A stretch of DNA of 30,774 nt from a virus (lineage: Duplodnaviria > Caudoviricetes), in the IMG/VR virus record IMGVR_UViG_3300037313_002204, positions 1 through 30,774 of that record; one strand, 5' to 3'. The translations under genes and the position numbers were made by a program. Each line of letters starts with the position of its first letter. Position 1 is the first letter of the stretch. Positions 26,341-30,774 of this stretch are shown piece after piece. Below the pieces are notes generated by a model. The model ran no database searches and was not told the DNA's origin. It was given only the letters and a program-made list of their open reading frames with translations.

Positions 26341-26350
26341 TCGGCGCGGA

Positions 26351-26848
26351 TTATCCGCACCGATAGACAAGCCGCTGCCCTGCTATTTCGGTTTCCGTGT
26401 AGTCCATCGCCAGATCGCGCGCGATGGCGTCATAGTCCAGATAGCAGGCCAGATTGGCGGGAACGTCGCCAAACAGCCCTTCATCGACAAACTGTTCGGC
26501 CAGCTCGCGCATATCGGTGTCGGGATAGATATCAATATCCGCGTCGTCGGCCCGGTCGATGCTGTAACCGCATTCACCAACGGCAACGATGAATGCGATC
26601 TTTTCGTTGTCGGTGTAGTCCTCCGCCGCTTCCAGAAAGCGCCTGAAATTGGCTTGGTTCAATCCAAAAGCCTTCGCCAGATCGGCGTCCAGGTCGTCGC
26701 TGTCGATGAACTGGATTTCGTATTCTTCGACCACCTGCCCGAAGTCGTTGACGTTCGCCGCCGCGCGTTTGTCGTAATCGTCTGCGGTTTCGAAATAAAA
26801 GCCCGTGGCGCAAATATCGTATGGTTGAGCGTAAAGCGTGATTGTCAT
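26351..26848 (-). CDS. ardA: Antirestriction protein ArdA (DNA mimic)
   Basis: Very acidic, with LYAQPYD...GFYF, EEYEIQFID and YLDYDAIARDL motifs. GGAGG RBS before ATG 26848. Confidence 0.9.
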   Translation of the reverse strand: MTITLYAQPYDICATGFYFETADDYDKRAAANVNDFGQVVEEYEIQFIDSDDLDADLAKAFGLNQANFRRFLEAAEDYTDNEKIAFIVAVGECGYSIDRADDADIDIYPDTDMRELAEQFVDEGLFGDVPANLACYLDYDAIARDLAMDYTETEIAGQRLVYRCG

Positions 26849-26869
26849 TTTAATCCTCCAAATGAAACA

Positions 26870-27040
26870 TGGGTTGCTGCTGCAACCCTGCTTCCGGCGA
26901 GGATGGTGACGGGAGGGGACAAGCAAAATCGACGCGGTGGTGCGGGCGCAGGCTGGCCGAGCCACGGTCCGCGTCTATTTTGCTTGTGGGGAGAAAGAGG
27001 CAACGCCTCTTGGCTTCCCCGCTATGCTCTCCGTCCGGAG
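26870..27040 (-). promoter_or_regulatory. Long hairpin-forming leader upstream of ardA (candidate single-stranded DNA promoter)
   Basis: 19-bp stem with one mismatch (26919-26937 / 26969-26987), looser outer complementarity, and a GGGTTGC/GCAACCC hairpin. Confidence 0.5.
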
Positions 27041-27179
27041 GGCATATGAAGGATTGATGCCTGTAGGCATCGCAATTGTCTTTAGCGTCATGTGATCGTC
27101 ACCCGCACGGGCCGAAACCGCCTGCGGGTTCGGTGGCCTGCCATAGAGCGCGGTCGGGATTTATCCCGAGACGCCTGAC

Positions 27180-27300
27180 AAAGCGGCCATTAAAGCGGCC
27201 ATTAAAGCGGATATCAATAAACTTCTATTCGACGTATCACTATGATATCATTGGCGTAATTTATTGCATTTTTGCGGCCAAAAAAGCGGCCAGAAAGCGG
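27180..27300 (+). repeat. Two triplets of ~12-bp-period GCGG(CCA) direct repeats
   Basis: AAAGCGGCCATT x2.6 at 27180-27210. GCGGCCA at 27274 and 27286, and GCGG at 27297. AT-rich spacer between the two sets. Confidence 0.8.
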
Positions 27301-27305
27301 TACTA

Positions 27306-28499
27306 ATGAGCGTCCGAGACGATAAGGAAAGCATCGGCCTGTTTGAACCTCTGATGATTTCAGAGGGGGCAAGAGGCCGCGGGGAATTAAACGACATGGC
27401 CCTCGAACTGGCAACACGGTCAGAGGGTTTCCGACGCAGCCTACCGGAGCCGATCGTTTCCGCTCTTTCCGATCTCGTGCGGTCTATGAACTGCTATTAT
27501 AGCAATCTCATCGAGGGTCATAACACGCATCCGATTGATATCGAGCGGGCACTGAACAACGACTATAGCGCCGATCCCGAGAAGCGTAATCTACAGCTAG
27601 AAGCCAAGGCCCACATAGCGGTTCAACGGTGGATAGATGAAGGCGGGATGCAAGAAGCGCCAACATCGCCGGAGGCCGTCTGCGAGATACATAGGCGGTT
27701 CTGTGAACTGTTACCGCCGGAACTGCTGGTTGTCGAAGATCCGTCCACGAAAGAGGATGTTCCCGTCATTCCCGGCGAGTTGCGGACACGCGATGTTCAG
27801 GTCGGCCGACATATCGCCATCAGTCCGGGCGCGGTTCCGCGTTTTCTGGAACGGCTGCATGACGGGTATTGCCGTCTAGGCCGGATCGATTCCATTCTCG
27901 CTGCGGCGTGCGCGCATCACCGCCTGCTGTGGGTTCACCCGTTCATTGACGGCAATGGCCGTGTTGCCCGTCTGATGTCGTATGCCATGCTTCGGTCGTC
28001 GCTCGACACGCGCGGCCTGTGGTCGGTTGCGCGCGGTTTGGCAAGAACGGTCAAGGCATACAAGGGTCATCTGGCAGCGTGCGATCTGCCGCGCCGCAAC
28101 GATCTGGACGGGCGGGGTACGTTGAGCGAGGAGGCGCTGACGGAGTTCGCCCGATATTTCCTATCCACCTGCATAGATCAGGTTGCTTTTATGGAAGGGC
28201 TGATGAAACCCGACCGCCTGCGTGACCGGATTATGATCTGGACAGAAGAACAAATCCGCGCAGATATCCTGCCTCCTAAATCCGACGTGGTTCTCAAGAC
28301 GATCCTTTATCAAGGTGTGCTCGAACGCGGAGAGGTCGCCAGCCTGTTGGGTGTTAGTGATCGCGCGGCAAGGCGAGTGACATCGGCTCTGCTGGACGTT
28401 GGTGCATTAACGTCCGAAAGCACGCGCGCACCGCTCTATCTGGCTTTTCCGGCAAAATTCGCTGACAGATGGATGCCCGGACTATTCCCAGAAATGTGA
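27306..28499 (+). CDS. Fic family protein with C-terminal wHTH
   Basis: HPFIDGNGRVAR, inhibitory SNLIEG and ERGEVASLLGVSDRAARR HTH. ATG at 27306 is preferred. Confidence 0.93.
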   Translation: MSVRDDKESIGLFEPLMISEGARGRGELNDMALELATRSEGFRRSLPEPIVSALSDLVRSMNCYYSNLIEGHNTHPIDIERALNNDYSADPEKRNLQLEAKAHIAVQRWIDEGGMQEAPTSPEAVCEIHRRFCELLPPELLVVEDPSTKEDVPVIPGELRTRDVQVGRHIAISPGAVPRFLERLHDGYCRLGRIDSILAAACAHHRLLWVHPFIDGNGRVARLMSYAMLRSSLDTRGLWSVARGLARTVKAYKGHLAACDLPRRNDLDGRGTLSEEALTEFARYFLSTCIDQVAFMEGLMKPDRLRDRIMIWTEEQIRADILPPKSDVVLKTILYQGVLERGEVASLLGVSDRAARRVTSALLDVGALTSESTRAPLYLAFPAKFADRWMPGLFPEM

Positions 28500-28530
28500 T
28501 GCCTCTTATTGATCGAGCCGATGATGATCG

Positions 28531-30774
28531 TCAGCGCGTAGCTTCAAGTGATCCGTAATGAACGGGGTCGTGATTGCGCACGGCGTCCAAGATGAGCGTG
28601 ACGATAGCCCGCGCCTCGCTCATGTCCGGTAACCGCATTCCGGCACTTCTGGACAATGTATGTGAATAGAAATGCATGAATTTTCGAGCGCGTTCAGCAT
28701 CAACTGGATCAGTGATAAGTCGGTCTATGCTGCTGTCTATATTAACGTGCTCCAGAAATTTGAATGCAGCATACCCCTCAACAAATCTCCGCGTCATGTT
28801 TCCTAGATTGAAAATGATCTGATGGTCATCCTGCGGATTATCGGCATAGCTCGCAATTTGATGAAACAGATAAAGGTATTCAGATCGATATTTCTGAATG
28901 CTGTCCGGGCATACTGTTATCCTCGAAGCGATAAGGCCATTCGAATCTGTGCGCTCAACGAGATAGGTCCGGTACATCTGGTCTGACATTTTTCGCATCC
29001 AATCCAGCATGAGGTTGAAAAATTCATGGCTGTGAGTTGAGATGAACAGTTGTTTGGCAAGACATTGGTGCTTGGTGGGCTTGGGTGCCCCTTCGTTAAA
29101 CTGGTAGAATGTAGCTCTGATAAATGCGCAGACGTGCAGAAGGTGATGTGCATCAAGGCTGGATATCGGATCGTCGATATAGACAATGGTGTCCGCGAGA
29201 TTATTCCCGTTTTCGAGCAATTTGGTGATGAAGTAGCAGAAAGATATCGCCGTTCTTTCTCCTTCGCTCAAATTTCGTGCAGGGACTTCGCCGCGCATTA
29301 GCTGAAAACGATCGCCGTCCGTGACTTTAACTTGGATATCGGCTTTCCCGAAAAATCGCCGCAGAGTATCATTGATGGCCTCCGCACCCTTGGTTGCGTT
29401 GGAGAGTTCTGCCTGAAGGGTGGTTATCTCCGCATCAAGGGTAGCAAGAGTTGAAATGCAGTTTTCTTCGGTTGTCTTCTGAGCGGAAATTTGAGTTTCC
29501 AGTGCAAAGCGCCCGATCCGACGCATCGCTTCCGCCGCATAATGGCCCTTTAGGGTGGCGACCGCTTCGTTGCGCGAAGACGTGAAGCGACGGGTACGTT
29601 CGTTGTTCTCGTCGATCAGCGCCTGAAAACGCCTTACTGCCGTGGCGAGCGGATCGGATTGCGGCTGCCCTTCTGGTGGCTGAACCACATCGAACGGATT
29701 TCCCTCTTTCCGTCTGAGGGCATCGATGAGTGCCTGTATGCTACCGTTGAAGTTATCTCTTGCGAGGGCCAACCCCCGACCTGCTTCGGAATGTCCGTTG
29801 TGCAGGTCGGCGTAGAAGCCGGATCGAGGATAAGCTGCGCCGGAGAACTCCATCTGCTGCTCTTGCAGTGTGCTAATAGCCGTGGCGATCCGTCTTTTGA
29901 GGTCATTAAACGCATCAGAAAAATGAGCATTGAGTGCGGCTTTCCGCGAAACAGTCAGTTCCCCTTCACAGAATTCACAGTGTGATTTTCCCTCGTGAAG
30001 TTGACGACCATGCTCAACCCATGTGGCAATATCTGGATTATCCACAAGATGGTCGATTGTGGTCGATGAGTCGATCTGCTCGTTGAGCAGGGCGATGCCG
30101 TCGCGCCACAGGTGGTCTACGGGCTGAATAACAACTGCCAGTTCAGGCAGGATATCCTTTTCCTCTGCGCTCACTTTAGCGCGTGCTGACTGAACGTCTT
30201 CAGGACTTAGTTCATCCGGCAGAACGCCGTTCCATGCGGTTATGATGGGACGCAGATTTGTCTTGGTGAAACGCCCGACGCCGGGAAGCTCTTTCACTAT
30301 ATGGCTGGCACAGTCCGTTTCAGCCTTGCCGATAACATCTTCAAGGCGCTTGGCTTCGGCAACGGCCGCCTTGCGCTGATCGTCTATCTGCGTTCGGCGC
30401 GCTTCCTTTTCAATTAGCTCGTCACGTCGCGCGATATTTTCTGCGCCGAGCAGAAGGATGGGATTGAAGCCGTCGGCATCATCCCATCGAAGGTGTGCTT
30501 TCCGGAAATCCTCGTTGAAGACACGCACGTTGCACGGCGTCGCGAAAGCGTCATCGTACTGTGTTCCGTCGATGTCCAGTACGTCAAAGCGCGCATTTGG
30601 GTAGTCCGGATGAAGTGTACCGTCCTCCAAACAGCGAAACATACGCGACAGCGTTGTTTTGCCCGAGTAATTCCAGCCATAAATCAGATTGAAGGGCGCG
30701 AAATCCGGTAAGGTGCCGCCAGTGAAATTATTAAAGACGCCGAAATCTCGGATGCTTGCAATTCGTTTGAACAT
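28531..30774 (-). CDS. AAA_13 / RloC-like ABC-ATPase with zinc hook and C-terminal HEPN-like domain
   Basis: Walker A GWNYSGKT, CEFC zinc hook in a coiled coil, signature LSEGE, Walker B/D-loop IDDPISSLD, STH, NMTRRFVE and RKFMHFYSH. Confidence 0.8.
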   Translation of the reverse strand: MFKRIASIRDFGVFNNFTGGTLPDFAPFNLIYGWNYSGKTTLSRMFRCLEDGTLHPDYPNARFDVLDIDGTQYDDAFATPCNVRVFNEDFRKAHLRWDDADGFNPILLLGAENIARRDELIEKEARRTQIDDQRKAAVAEAKRLEDVIGKAETDCASHIVKELPGVGRFTKTNLRPIITAWNGVLPDELSPEDVQSARAKVSAEEKDILPELAVVIQPVDHLWRDGIALLNEQIDSSTTIDHLVDNPDIATWVEHGRQLHEGKSHCEFCEGELTVSRKAALNAHFSDAFNDLKRRIATAISTLQEQQMEFSGAAYPRSGFYADLHNGHSEAGRGLALARDNFNGSIQALIDALRRKEGNPFDVVQPPEGQPQSDPLATAVRRFQALIDENNERTRRFTSSRNEAVATLKGHYAAEAMRRIGRFALETQISAQKTTEENCISTLATLDAEITTLQAELSNATKGAEAINDTLRRFFGKADIQVKVTDGDRFQLMRGEVPARNLSEGERTAISFCYFITKLLENGNNLADTIVYIDDPISSLDAHHLLHVCAFIRATFYQFNEGAPKPTKHQCLAKQLFISTHSHEFFNLMLDWMRKMSDQMYRTYLVERTDSNGLIASRITVCPDSIQKYRSEYLYLFHQIASYADNPQDDHQIIFNLGNMTRRFVEGYAAFKFLEHVNIDSSIDRLITDPVDAERARKFMHFYSHTLSRSAGMRLPDMSEARAIVTLILDAVRNHDPVHYGSLEATR

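Larger units (their letters stand above)
12435..30774. mobile_element. Integrative mobilizable element / genomic island (continues past the window)
   Basis: MobC-like, relaxase and T4CP genes next to an att site, plus ardA, resolvase, Fic and defence cargo. No mating-pair-formation genes in the window. Confidence 0.7.

Noticed and set aside
27180-27300. CRISPR array
   Set aside because: The repeats are 12-bp tandem units without unique spacers, and there are no cas genes.

Overview
High-GC, probably alphaproteobacterial (Rhizobiaceae-like) accessory region that looks like a tandem pile-up of mobile elements at a tRNA-Arg-type att site. (1) 1-331: the right end of an IS630 element sitting inside the C-terminal remnant of a large serine recombinase. 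(2) About 318-12450: a compact ~12.1 kb integrated element with a primase-helicase, iteron-like origin, lambda-like cos site, TerS/TerL (gpA type), lambda-type portal, protease-major capsid fusion, gpW-like and DUF2190-like proteins and a tyrosine integrase, but no tail or lysis genes. This is a candidate capsid-forming phage satellite with a lambda-type head, and it carries an AT-richer HEPN cargo gene. (3) 12435 to the window end: an integrative mobilizable element (MobC-like protein, relaxase, VirD4/TraG coupling protein). Its cargo includes two Fic proteins with operator-like arrays, a pilin/tail-fibre/S74-chaperone chimera coupled to a secreted double-lectin protein, a serine resolvase, ardA behind a long hairpin, and an RloC-like ABC-ATPase/HEPN gene. 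All family calls come from motif recognition by eye; no searches were run.
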